A stretch of DNA of 64,000 nt from an uncultured Candidatus Saccharibacteria bacterium (GCA_963742655.1 CAVUMM010000008.1:311707-375706), one strand, 5' to 3'; positions 9,315 to 18,193 are shown, counted from the stretch's first letter. Notes: generated from the sequence alone by a model not told the origin. Numbers and translations: made by a program.

Positions 9315-10004
9315 TTATCGAGTTACGCTAATAGTCGCACCGTCTTCGGCGCTTGGAGCGGTGATTGTGTATCGATTACTGCTTTGTGAGATCGTGTAAC
9401 CGCTGTTATATGTACCGCTGCAGGCTGTGCCGACCGCCGTAGTCGGGTCCACTGGGATACCTGCGATGTATGTCGGAACCAAGTCTGCACATGGGTTGAT
9501 CACTGCCGTGAAGCTGCCCAATACGCAGGTCGCGTCAGTTGATACGCCGCTGGCATCCGTCACCACTATAGTTGTGTCGTCGCCGCTTGTTATGGGGAAA
9601 GTGCCGTTGTTGCCCGCATTAGTACAACTGGTTACCGTTACATTGCCCGAAGTTATCGTGTTCCCGGACGGAACCGTAAAGGTGACAGCGCCAGTTGCGA
9701 ATGTGGCGTCTGTGGCATTTTCATCAGCCTGATTGGCGATCGGTTTGGCTGTACCGGTTACGTTTGTCAACGAAGCCGGTGAGTTACCGTTGTTTGCCGA
9801 TTCATATTCATAAATGGCATTCAATATCTCTGAGACATTCGATGAACGCTGCGTATTTCGCGTGTCCTGGAAGTGCTTATTAGGATTGATCGCGATCAAC
9901 GTAATTGCAAGCAGGATTGCTAAAATACCAATCACCACCAACAGTTCAATGAGCGTGAACCCACCCTGATGTTTAAGATTTGTTATTTTTGTTTTTACTT
10001 TCAT
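9315..10004 (-). CDS. type IV pilin (paralogue 2)
   Basis: Leader MKVKTKITNLKHQGG then FTLIELLVV. First ~75 aa and last ~20 aa nearly identical to paralogues 1 and 3; central part differs. Confidence 0.85.
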   Translation of the reverse strand: MKVKTKITNLKHQGGFTLIELLVVIGILAILLAITLIAINPNKHFQDTRNTQRSSNVSEILNAIYEYESANNGNSPASLTNVTGTAKPIANQADENATDATFATGAVTFTVPSGNTITSGNVTVTSCTNAGNNGTFPITSGDDTTIVVTDASGVSTDATCVLGSFTAVINPCADLVPTYIAGIPVDPTTAVGTACSGTYNSGYTISQSSNRYTITAPSAEDGATISVTR

Positions 10005-10033
10005 TTAAGCTTTACCTTTTTAGTTATGCTGTT

Positions 10034-10062
10034 ATGATGCGGCATCGGAGTGTAAAAGTCAA
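10034..10062 (-). promoter_or_regulatory. candidate sigma70-type promoter of pilin paralogue 2
   Basis: Minus strand reads TTGACT (10062-10057), 17-nt spacer, CATCAT (10039-10034). The same module with the same spacing is repeated upstream of paralogue 3. Confidence 0.4.
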
Positions 10063-10092
10063 CATTTTTAGTCACCCCGATCACCAGGTTAT

Positions 10093-10124
10093 GCACACCG
10101 CCGCGTATCTATAGGGCGGTGTGC
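10093..10124 (-). terminator. 10-bp GC-rich hairpin after pilin paralogue 3 (terminator-like, no clear U-tract)
   Basis: GCACACCGCC (10093-10102) pairs with GGCGGTGTGC (10115-10124), 9 nt downstream of the pilin-3 stop. Confidence 0.4.
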
Positions 10125-10133
10125 CCGTTAAAG

Positions 10134-10844
10134 CTAACGGGTAACGCTAATGGTGGCGCCGTCTTCCGCACTCGGTGCGGCAATAGTATATCTGCTGCCA
10201 GTCGCAGATTTAGCGATGGTGTAGCCGGAGTCATACGCCGTTGTGCCTCCACCACATGGGGTCGTGCCGCCGGTCACTGTTCCGGTAGATGGATCGATAG
10301 GCAGATCTGCAATGTACGTAGACACGAGGTCCGAGCACATGTTTACTTTGGTGTCAATTTGACAAGTGGTATCACCCGCAGCGCCGCTGGCGTTTGTCGC
10401 GGTTATTGAAACACCGGTTCCGGCGGTCACTGGGAATTCGCCATTATTAGCCGCGGTAGTGCAGCCGCTGACGAGTACATTGCCAGATGTGACGCTGTTA
10501 CCGCTCAAACCTGTAAACGTTACATCCGGGCTTGAGAATGTCGTGTTAGTCGGCGATTGTGTGGCCGCTTTGCCGAGCGGCAATGCGTTCGTGCCCAAAT
10601 ACGTTAATGAAGGCGGCAGGTTTCCGGTATTCGCGGATTCATATTCATAAATAGCGTTCAATACTTCGCCGACATTCGATGAACGTTGCGTATTTCGCGC
10701 GTCCTGGAAATGCTTGTTCGGGTTGATAGCGATCAACGTAATGGCCAGAAGAATCGCTAATACACCGATCACGATCAAGAGCTCGACAAGCGTGAAACCC
10801 GACTCACTCGATGTTAATTTTTGTAATTTTGTTGGTAGTTTCAT
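10134..10844 (-). CDS. type IV pilin (paralogue 3)
   Basis: Leader MKLPTKLQKLTSSESG then FTLVELLIVIGVLAILLAITLIAI; conserved tail TIAAPSAEDGATISVTR. Confidence 0.85.
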   Translation of the reverse strand: MKLPTKLQKLTSSESGFTLVELLIVIGVLAILLAITLIAINPNKHFQDARNTQRSSNVGEVLNAIYEYESANTGNLPPSLTYLGTNALPLGKAATQSPTNTTFSSPDVTFTGLSGNSVTSGNVLVSGCTTAANNGEFPVTAGTGVSITATNASGAAGDTTCQIDTKVNMCSDLVSTYIADLPIDPSTGTVTGGTTPCGGGTTAYDSGYTIAKSATGSRYTIAAPSAEDGATISVTR

Positions 10845-10874
10845 GAAAGCGTTACCTTTTTAATTGTTAGGTTT

Positions 10875-10903
10875 ATGATGACTGGGCGAAGGTAAAAAGT
10901 CAA
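10875..10903 (-). promoter_or_regulatory. candidate sigma70-type promoter of pilin paralogue 3
   Basis: Minus strand reads TTGACT (10903-10898), 17-nt spacer, CATCAT (10880-10875); followed by the conserved AAAAAGGTAA ribosome-binding region. Confidence 0.4.
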
Positions 10904-10923
10904 TCACTCTTTAATTAAGTTTA

Positions 10924-11478
10924 TCAAACAGGCGTAATGGCGAGAAAGTCCGCAATCTGCTGCGTACCGGTGTCGTTTAAGTATCTTTCAATAGCTGCCG
11001 CCGGTTGAATAGCGGCATCTAGTTTAAATGCTTTCGTCGGTGTGACGGCAATAACTTTCCCGACACCAGCTTCGTGAAGTGCGTCAACGATCGATTCATA
11101 TATATGCGCATTGGTCGCATAGTGTTCAATTTGGTTATTGTCGACGATCTGCAGGCAGGCACGTTTCCCGGGTTCAAACGGCATGGAGTCAATGTATGAA
11201 TTTAAAGATTGCTGCAATACGCTTTTATCGAATTTTTCGCACTGGGACTGTTTGCTGAATACGACGCTATCATCAAGCACGATCAAAGCCCGTTTGCCTT
11301 TGACTCCGCGCGCGACGAAAAAATCACGCGCCGATCCAAAAAAAGCATTCGGATCGACAATCTCTAGATTTTGAAGAATTTCCGGCGGTATATTGAGTTT
11401 TGCGGGTGAAACGTCTTTGCCTGCAACTATAATATTATTGCGGCGGACGTAGATGATTATTTTTGGTTTTGCGAACAT
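10924..11478 (-). CDS. hypothetical cytoplasmic protein encoded in the pilus operon
   Basis: 184-aa ORF, start 1 nt after the upstream gene stop, no TM or signal peptide. Only a vague resemblance to the N-terminal half of PilM-type proteins. Confidence 0.6.
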   Translation of the reverse strand: MFAKPKIIIYVRRNNIIVAGKDVSPAKLNIPPEILQNLEIVDPNAFFGSARDFFVARGVKGKRALIVLDDSVVFSKQSQCEKFDKSVLQQSLNSYIDSMPFEPGKRACLQIVDNNQIEHYATNAHIYESIVDALHEAGVGKVIAVTPTKAFKLDAAIQPAAAIERYLNDTGTQQIADFLAITPV

Positions 11479-11479
11479 C

Positions 11480-11860
11480 CTACGGTGTCTCCGCCCAGCT
11501 GTTGAGCGTTAAACTATTAGAAGCATACGTTGCGGTGGCCGTCACGGTGCGCCGGTAATTGCCGACCGACCCGACCGACGAAATGGTCAGCGAGCCGGAA
11601 CCGCTTACGGTAATTGTAGCAGAACCGCTGCCGATAGACATCGTTTCACCGGTATAGCTCGGATTCCTTTCAAGTTGAATCATGGCATTTTCCACCCCAT
11701 CCTGCGCATACTCTAGCGCTAAGCTGCCGGATGAATAGCTATTGTTGGCTCGGATATTGATAATAGTGACTGCGACCGCGGCCAGCGTAATCGTCATGGC
11801 GATAACCATATATATAAGAAGCGCGACGAGAGTCTGGCCTGATGTGTTTAGTTTTTTCAC
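11480..11860 (-). CDS. pseudopilin-like protein (non-canonical, no Glu+5)
   Basis: MKKLNTSG then QTLVALLIYMVIAMTITLAAVAV hydrophobic helix and a small beta-rich domain; overlaps the upstream gene by 4 nt. Confidence 0.55.
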   Translation of the reverse strand: MKKLNTSGQTLVALLIYMVIAMTITLAAVAVTIINIRANNSYSSGSLALEYAQDGVENAMIQLERNPSYTGETMSIGSGSATITVSGSGSLTISSVGSVGNYRRTVTATATYASNSLTLNSWAETP

Positions 11861-12378
11861 TTTAGTTCCACCGTGTTCGTGTATGTTTGCGCACTATTCA
11901 CGCCATGGCCGGGCGTCAAACCGGTAACAGTAAAGCTATAGGTGATCGTGGGTTTGCCGCTCACGTTGCCGAGTTTTTGGAAGTTGAGGGCCGAAACTTT
12001 GACGGTGTTGTCGTTGAGATTGTCGGTGCCGGTACCGTCGGTAAATTGCAGGTTGTTGCCGCTGAGGGCGTAAGTATACGTCGTGCTGCTGATGGTCATC
12101 ACCAGCGTCGCTCCGCTGCCTCCGAGTGACGCGGGGGTCGTGACTGCCGTTGCCCGTGCGATATCGTAATTCAACCGCGCCATAATAAAGCGGCCATTGC
12201 CGGTTACGGCCGAATAATTCCTTGACAAATTCTGCTGGTCAACGGAGGCTGTAAAAATAGTCGTGAGCACCACGAGCATAATCGAAAGCAAACCCATGAC
12301 AACCAGGAGCTCTATCAACGTTGCGCCACGCTGTCCGTACGTACGTAATCTGGAAGGTAAGAGTAATATTTTTATCAT
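11857..12378 (-). CDS. minor (pseudo)pilin
   Basis: ATG at 12378 (ATGA overlap with the upstream stop at 12375). Leader ...TYGQRG then ATLIELLVVMGLLSIML. The track ORF extension to 12549 lies inside the upstream gene. Confidence 0.7.
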   Translation of the reverse strand: MIKILLLPSRLRTYGQRGATLIELLVVMGLLSIMLVVLTTIFTASVDQQNLSRNYSAVTGNGRFIMARLNYDIARATAVTTPASLGGSGATLVMTISSTTYTYALSGNNLQFTDGTGTDNLNDNTVKVSALNFQKLGNVSGKPTITYSFTVTGLTPGHGVNSAQTYTNTVELK

Positions 12379-14279
12379 GGCGAGTAATTTAGCGTTGTGT
12401 CGAGTATGAAGGGTTTTGAGGTGGCAAAGTTTGTCGTATTCAGTGTTGCTTTGTAGCGGAAATAGCGATAGTCTGCGTCTACCAACGGAATGGCGCCGGG
12501 GCTGGAATAGCGGGAAAACGGCGTACCGTCCGGCCCGATGTAATTCCATGTGGCGTTGTCGTTGTTGGCGGCGATTTGATAGGTAATGGTGGTATTCACC
12601 GGCATCGTGTTGGTGAAAGTAAAGTAATTGAAACCGGCCGCCGCACCGGCATTGAACGTCTGCGACGTGAATGTCCCGTTCCCACTCGTTCCGCCGGCAA
12701 CGGCTGATCCCTTCATGATGGTAAGTTCGGCAGTGTTTGACGTTGACGCTATATATGCAGTGTCATTAGCAACAAAAATGTTATCTGCCGTCGACTGAGT
12801 ATTTGAACCTTCCAGGGTCGGTGTAGATATTGTTGAAAGGTCTAGCACTGTAAATTGTCTCGCCGCCCGCGCGGTTGCCAGAAAAGCTTCGTACCCGTTA
12901 ACACTTACGCCATTCACGGCTCCTCCCACTTCGTAGGAGCCGACTTGACTTATGCTTGACAGGTTTGTAACATTTAAAATGAAAAATTCCGGTCCGCCGG
13001 TATTGTTTGCTTCGCCTAAATATACGTAATATCCATCGTAATAAATGTTATTGGCTGCAACGCCACCTGTGGTGGCAAAGGACCCGACAACTGTCGGGGT
13101 ACTTTTGTTGCTTATATCCACAACGGTGAGTTCGGCAGTAGTGTCTCCGGTAGCAAGGTAAGCGTAATTCCCGGAGACTTTGATTGAATTTACGGCACCG
13201 GCCATATTCAGCGATCCGGCAAGCGTTGGCGTTGAAGGATTACTTACATCCACGACATAAAATTCATCATTTCCATTGTTCGTGTTCAGCGCTTTTCCAA
13301 CGTAGGCGTAACCACCTGTTACATATACGCTATTAGCATTCGCAGCCCCGCCCAGGTTGAGTGTGCCAGCCTGCACGGGTGCGGCCGGGTTACTGACATT
13401 TACAACGGTTAATTCAGCAGTGTTGCTCGTGGATGCGATGTATGCAAAATTGCCAACCACGTATACGCTATTCAGTTGAACCGCAGGATTAAAAGTGCCA
13501 AGCAACGCGGGTGCGGCCGGGTTGGCGACATTGATGATGCTCATACTTGCGCCGTTTACGACATAGGCGCGATTTGTCGAAGTGTCGGTATAGACGTCGT
13601 TAGCATTGGTGTTGCCGGCGATATTAAGCGTACCGACCTGTATGGGGCTGACCCAGCTGACCCCATGGCCGGCGGCAGTTATTTGTACTTGCCCTCCACC
13701 CGTGGCCGAAGACGTGGTGTTATTAAGTGTTCCAGCACTGAAGTTAGCCTGCGTCGTTTGCAGCCAAGCGGCGTTGCTTTGCCAGCGCGAAAAGTATGCC
13801 TGGCTGGAAATTGAAGAACCAATCGGTTTTGTCCATGATACAGTCGCAGTAACCAACTTAGTATTAGGATCAATTGTGCCGCCGCTGCTTACGATTGTTC
13901 CGCTGCTGTCGCGTTGCACATCACTGATGACGATTTGCTGTGTAAAATTTCCGGACGTAGCAGAGCCGCTGGCAAGCGTCCAGGCATTAGCGCTTGTAAT
14001 CGGGTGATACGTCCCGTTCGTTGCAATGTTACTCCAGCCACTTTCGCGTACACTGCGAGTTTCTTCGGTAAGACTGCGCAGAAATCCCGAAGCGAGCGCT
14101 TGTTGCTGGGCCGCCGGTTTCGCAGCATTCGCGCTGATCAGGGCAGTCAATATAGCCGGCAGCATGATGCTGGTTATGCCGATAGCGACGAGGACTTCCA
14201 CCAACGAGGCGCCGCGCTGGTTTCGTGAATGCGGTTTTTGCCTGGTTAATTTTGCCTGTATATATCGGATGATTTTCAT
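12375..14279 (-). CDS. pseudopilin-like N-terminus fused to an LVIVD-repeat beta-propeller (candidate pilus-associated adhesin)
   Basis: 634 aa. Leader ...SRNQRG then ASLVEVLVAIGITSIML. About seven ~40-aa repeats of the type VNS[IV]xVxGNYAY[IL]Axxxxxx[EL]TVVD[VI]SNPxxPxxxG, the LVIVD repeat pattern. Distinct C-terminal ~110-aa domain. Confidence 0.8.
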   Translation of the reverse strand: MKIIRYIQAKLTRQKPHSRNQRGASLVEVLVAIGITSIMLPAILTALISANAAKPAAQQQALASGFLRSLTEETRSVRESGWSNIATNGTYHPITSANAWTLASGSATSGNFTQQIVISDVQRDSSGTIVSSGGTIDPNTKLVTATVSWTKPIGSSISSQAYFSRWQSNAAWLQTTQANFSAGTLNNTTSSATGGGQVQITAAGHGVSWVSPIQVGTLNIAGNTNANDVYTDTSTNRAYVVNGASMSIINVANPAAPALLGTFNPAVQLNSVYVVGNFAYIASTSNTAELTVVNVSNPAAPVQAGTLNLGGAANANSVYVTGGYAYVGKALNTNNGNDEFYVVDVSNPSTPTLAGSLNMAGAVNSIKVSGNYAYLATGDTTAELTVVDISNKSTPTVVGSFATTGGVAANNIYYDGYYVYLGEANNTGGPEFFILNVTNLSSISQVGSYEVGGAVNGVSVNGYEAFLATARAARQFTVLDLSTISTPTLEGSNTQSTADNIFVANDTAYIASTSNTAELTIMKGSAVAGGTSGNGTFTSQTFNAGAAAGFNYFTFTNTMPVNTTITYQIAANNDNATWNYIGPDGTPFSRYSSPGAIPLVDADYRYFRYKATLNTTNFATSKPFILDTTLNYSP

Positions 14280-14281
14280 GA

Positions 14282-14773
14282 CTAATTTATCGTGAGCGCT
14301 CCATAGCGCCCGACGCTAATAGTTTTTGATGTGCCGTTATCGGAAATAGTAATCGTATTGCTCCCGCCCGAAAATCCTGAAACCGCACCGTCACCCTTTT
14401 GGAAAAGCAAATTACTGCCCGGGAACGTCGTTGCAATGACAGCCGGGCTTATCGAAACGGTAAAATTATTCGTATCGGAACCGTTATAACTACTGCCGGC
14501 GTACAGGACGTATGAGCCGGATTGAACGTGTACGCCTTGCGGCTGTTGGCTGGTCGTACTGCCAATTCCGCCGGACATGGCGAGTAATTGTTGCCCCTTG
14601 ATGTCGCTCGTCAAAGTATCGGTTAATGATGATACCGACGCTGTTTGATGGACTTTACCTAAATTGATCGTAGCCAGCGCAAACAAAATAGCCGATACTC
14701 CAAGCACGACCATAATCTCAACAAGCGTAAAACCTGCCTGATTCGTTCGACGTTCGGCGAGTATTTGAAACAT
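14282..14773 (-). CDS. minor (pseudo)pilin
   Basis: Leader MFQILAERRTNQAG then FTLVEIMVVLGVSAILFALA. Confidence 0.75.
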   Translation of the reverse strand: MFQILAERRTNQAGFTLVEIMVVLGVSAILFALATINLGKVHQTASVSSLTDTLTSDIKGQQLLAMSGGIGSTTSQQPQGVHVQSGSYVLYAGSSYNGSDTNNFTVSISPAVIATTFPGSNLLFQKGDGAVSGFSGGSNTITISDNGTSKTISVGRYGALTIN

Positions 14774-14778
14774 AACTA

Positions 14779-15867
14779 TTACTGAGGAGGGCCGCCCGTC
14801 TGGGCTGTCGGCGAGTTTATTTGGCTGATCATTCCGTATACCGGCGCGATGACTGAAATCATGAGTGTGCCGACCATGATGCCAACGAACACGATCATGA
14901 CCGGCTCCACTATGCTGCCGATTACTTTCAGTGTAGACGCTACCTGTTCGTCAAAATAGTCGGCCAGGTTCTGCAACGCTTTTTCGAGCGTGCCCGTTTC
15001 CTCGGCAGTTTTGATGGAGCGCTCCATCATCGCCGGCACGACGCCTGCGGTCGAGCCCAGACTGGCGCCAAGCGGTTTACCGTTGGCGACGTCTATCCGC
15101 ATCTGGTGAACGATTGCCGCGATATCCTTTTTTTGGACCACTGGTTCGGAAAATTTTAACGCGTCGAGTATCGGCACCCCGGCACGCATCAGCAGTGCGA
15201 AACTGCGCATAAAACGCGCAAAATCAATGTTACGCCCGAGTCTATGTAGCATCGGCAACGACATGACCAAACGGAATATAACTTGCTTTTGAGTTTTGAA
15301 AAACACCACAAGCAGCACTACCGCCAAAATTAACCCGGCAACGACTTCGTACCAATGCGCCATAAAAAATGTCGACGCGGATAGCATTACCCTGGTTATT
15401 AAAGGCATGTTGATATCGAGTGAACGGAATACTTTCGATATGCGCGGCATCACAAAGGTAAGCACCAAAACGATTATCGCCAAAAATATTATCAAGACGA
15501 AGAACGGATATATCATCGTATTTCGTAGTTGCTCGCTGAAATTCGCATCTTTTTTGCCGGTGTCGACGATGTCCTGAAGTGTATTTTCCAGTGTGCCGCC
15601 GGCTTCTGCTGCCCGGATAAGGTTGATGGTAATCTCGTCGAACGTGCGCGGAAAGCGGCCAAGGATTTTAGCGAGTGACTCGCCGTTATACAGGCCTTTC
15701 CTGATGCTTTCCAGCATCTTTTTTACGTTACCTTTGGCATCTTTTTCTAATGATACGACCGCATCCAGGATCGGAATGCCGGATTTTAGCATCGTGGTCA
15801 TATCCGACAGTAAGCTTAACCTGTCTTTGCTTTTAAGTTTTATTTTCGAATTAGCCCGATTTTTCAT
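14779..15867 (-). CDS. pilC: type IV pilus platform protein PilC (GspF family)
   Basis: 362 aa; duplicated GspF-type cytoplasmic domains (LSLLSDMTTMLKSGIPILDAV and FARFMRSFALLMRAGVPILDAL) with three TM segments. Confidence 0.9.
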   Translation of the reverse strand: MKNRANSKIKLKSKDRLSLLSDMTTMLKSGIPILDAVVSLEKDAKGNVKKMLESIRKGLYNGESLAKILGRFPRTFDEITINLIRAAEAGGTLENTLQDIVDTGKKDANFSEQLRNTMIYPFFVLIIFLAIIVLVLTFVMPRISKVFRSLDINMPLITRVMLSASTFFMAHWYEVVAGLILAVVLLVVFFKTQKQVIFRLVMSLPMLHRLGRNIDFARFMRSFALLMRAGVPILDALKFSEPVVQKKDIAAIVHQMRIDVANGKPLGASLGSTAGVVPAMMERSIKTAEETGTLEKALQNLADYFDEQVASTLKVIGSIVEPVMIVFVGIMVGTLMISVIAPVYGMISQINSPTAQTGGPPQ

Positions 15868-15872
15868 GGCGA

Positions 15873-17564
15873 CTACAATTTCGTCACGCGCATTATTTCG
15901 GACAACGTGGTTTCGCCGGCAATTACTTTGTCGAGCCCATCATCGAGCATCGTTACCATGCCGTCGTGGATAGCCTGTTCAGCTAGTTTGTCGGTATCGA
16001 CTTTTTCACTTATCAGCTGGGCAAGTTTCGGCGTGATTTGCAGGACTTCGAATACGCCTAAACGTCCCTGGTATCCGGTGTTGTGGCAGGCGGTGCAGCC
16101 GTTGCCCTTGTAAACGCGGATGCCCGCCTTGTTGCCGAAGTGCTTCACGTACATGGCTTTGGTGATATTAGATAGCAAAACAGACTGGCTGGCATCACCG
16201 GCCCAGCCTTTTGCCGTGTGGGTCAGTTTGATGCTGACCTTACAGCGCTCGCAGATCTGGCGTACCAGGCGCTGTCCGATAACGATGTTCGTGGTCGACG
16301 CGACAAGAAAAGGCTCGATCCCCATATCAATCAGCCGGGGCAGGGTCGTTACGGCATCGTTGGTGTGCATGGTGCTGAGCACCATATGGCCGGTCATGGC
16401 GGCGTTGACGGCGATTGCCGCCGTTTCGTCATCGCGGATCTCGCCTACGAACAGCACGTCCGGATCCTGGCGCATAAGTGATCGCAGACCCGCTTCGAAC
16501 GTCAGGTTAGCTTTGGCATTTACCTGGATTTGGTTGATGCCTTCAAGTTCGTACTCGATCGGGTCTTCTATCGTTGCTATGTTGCGGTTGCGTGCGTTCA
16601 GGATTTTAAGTATCGCGTAAATTGATGTAGTTTTGCCTGAGCCGGTCGGGCCGGTTGACAGCACCATGCCGTATGGCCGGGTAAAGCCTTTACGAACCAG
16701 CTCCATATTGTCGGCGGTCATGCCAAGTTCGGTCAGATTGAATTGGTGGTTTTGTCGCGCCAGTACGCGCATGACAACTTTTTCGCCGGTCACCTGCGGG
16801 ACGATGCTGATACGCACTGCCAGGTCTTGATCGCGGACCCGCACCCGCATACGTCCGTCCTGCGGCCCCATATGCTCATCGGTACGAAGCCGCGCCATAA
16901 CTTTGAAACGGGCGACCATTTGATCGTGGTACGTTTTCGCAAAATAAGCTTCGTCGTGCAGTACACCATCGATACGGAATCGTATGACAGTGGCACCGCG
17001 CAGCGGCTCGACATGTATATCCGAAGCTTGGGCGTCAAACGCATAATCAAAAATACAATCCACGACTTTAGCGACCGGTGCCGCGCCGGTATTTTCACTT
17101 GGCAGCATCTCGTCTAACACATGCTGCAAGTTGCGCTTGTACAGGTGCAGGGCGGAATCAATGCCCGCGTCACTGGCAAACGAAACTTTGCTGGTTTTGG
17201 CGCCGGCCTTTTTGGCTAGCATATCGAACAGGTCGGTAGCGGCAGGTTGGGCCGTGGCAATATGCAGCGTGTCGACATCCAGCTGAAAAGCGACGGTTTG
17301 GAATCGTTTTGCAACCTCAGCAGGCAGCATTTGTAAAAGTTCGTCCGGAATATTTATCTTATTGAGTTCGACATAGGGCAATTTATAATGGTACGCAGAA
17401 ACTTCGCCAAGTTGTTCTTCGTTTAGTATTTCGTGGTCAAGCAATGCCTGCTGCAGGCTGGTTTTATCCTTCTGGGCGTAGCCTTTTGCAGAATCCAGTT
17501 TTTGTTCCGGCACGAGCTTAACGTGCTTGAGCACGTTCAGCAGCTCGTCGTCAGTCAGATTCAT
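15873..17564 (-). CDS. pilB: type IV pilus assembly ATPase PilB (GspE family)
   Basis: 563 aa; Walker A GPTGSGKTT, MRQDPDVLFVGEIRD, tetracysteine CERC...CTAC, N-terminal GspE-N domain. Confidence 0.95.
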   Translation of the reverse strand: MNLTDDELLNVLKHVKLVPEQKLDSAKGYAQKDKTSLQQALLDHEILNEEQLGEVSAYHYKLPYVELNKINIPDELLQMLPAEVAKRFQTVAFQLDVDTLHIATAQPAATDLFDMLAKKAGAKTSKVSFASDAGIDSALHLYKRNLQHVLDEMLPSENTGAAPVAKVVDCIFDYAFDAQASDIHVEPLRGATVIRFRIDGVLHDEAYFAKTYHDQMVARFKVMARLRTDEHMGPQDGRMRVRVRDQDLAVRISIVPQVTGEKVVMRVLARQNHQFNLTELGMTADNMELVRKGFTRPYGMVLSTGPTGSGKTTSIYAILKILNARNRNIATIEDPIEYELEGINQIQVNAKANLTFEAGLRSLMRQDPDVLFVGEIRDDETAAIAVNAAMTGHMVLSTMHTNDAVTTLPRLIDMGIEPFLVASTTNIVIGQRLVRQICERCKVSIKLTHTAKGWAGDASQSVLLSNITKAMYVKHFGNKAGIRVYKGNGCTACHNTGYQGRLGVFEVLQITPKLAQLISEKVDTDKLAEQAIHDGMVTMLDDGLDKVIAGETTLSEIMRVTKL

Positions 17565-17791
17565 AAGATATGCCCCGCTTGTGAACGTCCTATCGCAAAC
17601 GTCGGCACATTTTTTTGCAAGATTTTCATGCCACCCTTAAAACTTCTTTCGATTAGATATCCATAATTGTAGCAATACGCTCATGTTTTGCCAACGCCAT
17701 CGCTCGTATTTTCAAGGCATTCACATGTAAAACATGGCGTAATCGCAAGCTTTGGCATAGACTAATACGAGTAAGAATATCTTCTGAAATA

Positions 17792-18193
17792 ATGGACGAG
17801 ACTAAATATACTACTACAAACCTGAATAAGCGGATATTGCTGGCGGATGCTGACCAGTTCATCGCTGTAGCCTACAAAGACGGCGTTGAGCAGGCTGGTT
17901 ACGAGGCTATTGTCGCCAGCGATGGTCGCAAAGCATTGGACATTCTTAAATCCGAACACATGGATGCCGTAATTCTCGAACTGATCCTGCCGAAAGTGAA
18001 CGGCTTTGAAATCCTGCAGTTCATGCAAAAAAATAAAAAGCTCAAAAAAATTCCGGTAATCGTGCTTACAAGCCTCAGCCAGGCCAGTGACGAAGCCGAA
18101 GCCCGCAGCTACGGCGCGATCGATTTCATGGTCAAGTCAGAAACTTCAGTTGTGGATTTGATCGATCGGCTCAACGGACTTTTTTCAGCGTGA
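17792..18193 (+). CDS. stand-alone CheY-like response regulator
   Basis: 133 aa; RILLADAD, DAVILELILPKVNGFE, VIVLTS, K in DFMVKS; no output domain; transcribed divergently from pilB. Confidence 0.85.
   Translation: MDETKYTTTNLNKRILLADADQFIAVAYKDGVEQAGYEAIVASDGRKALDILKSEHMDAVILELILPKVNGFEILQFMQKNKKLKKIPVIVLTSLSQASDEAEARSYGAIDFMVKSETSVVDLIDRLNGLFSA

Noticed and set aside
12378-14295. Antisense and overlapping ORFs within the LVIVD gene (13476-13814, 13606-14007, 13914-14228, 14026-14295), and the 12379-12549 extension of the minor pilin ORF
   Set aside because: The minus-strand frame carries the prepilin motif and regular LVIVD repeats. The ATGA junction at 12375-12378 gives a canonical pilin leader. 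The others have no motifs.
15907-17117. Several plus-strand ORFs (16120-16620, 16743-17117 and others) inside pilB
   Set aside because: The minus-strand frame is an unambiguous GspE/PilB ATPase, so these are antisense shadow ORFs.
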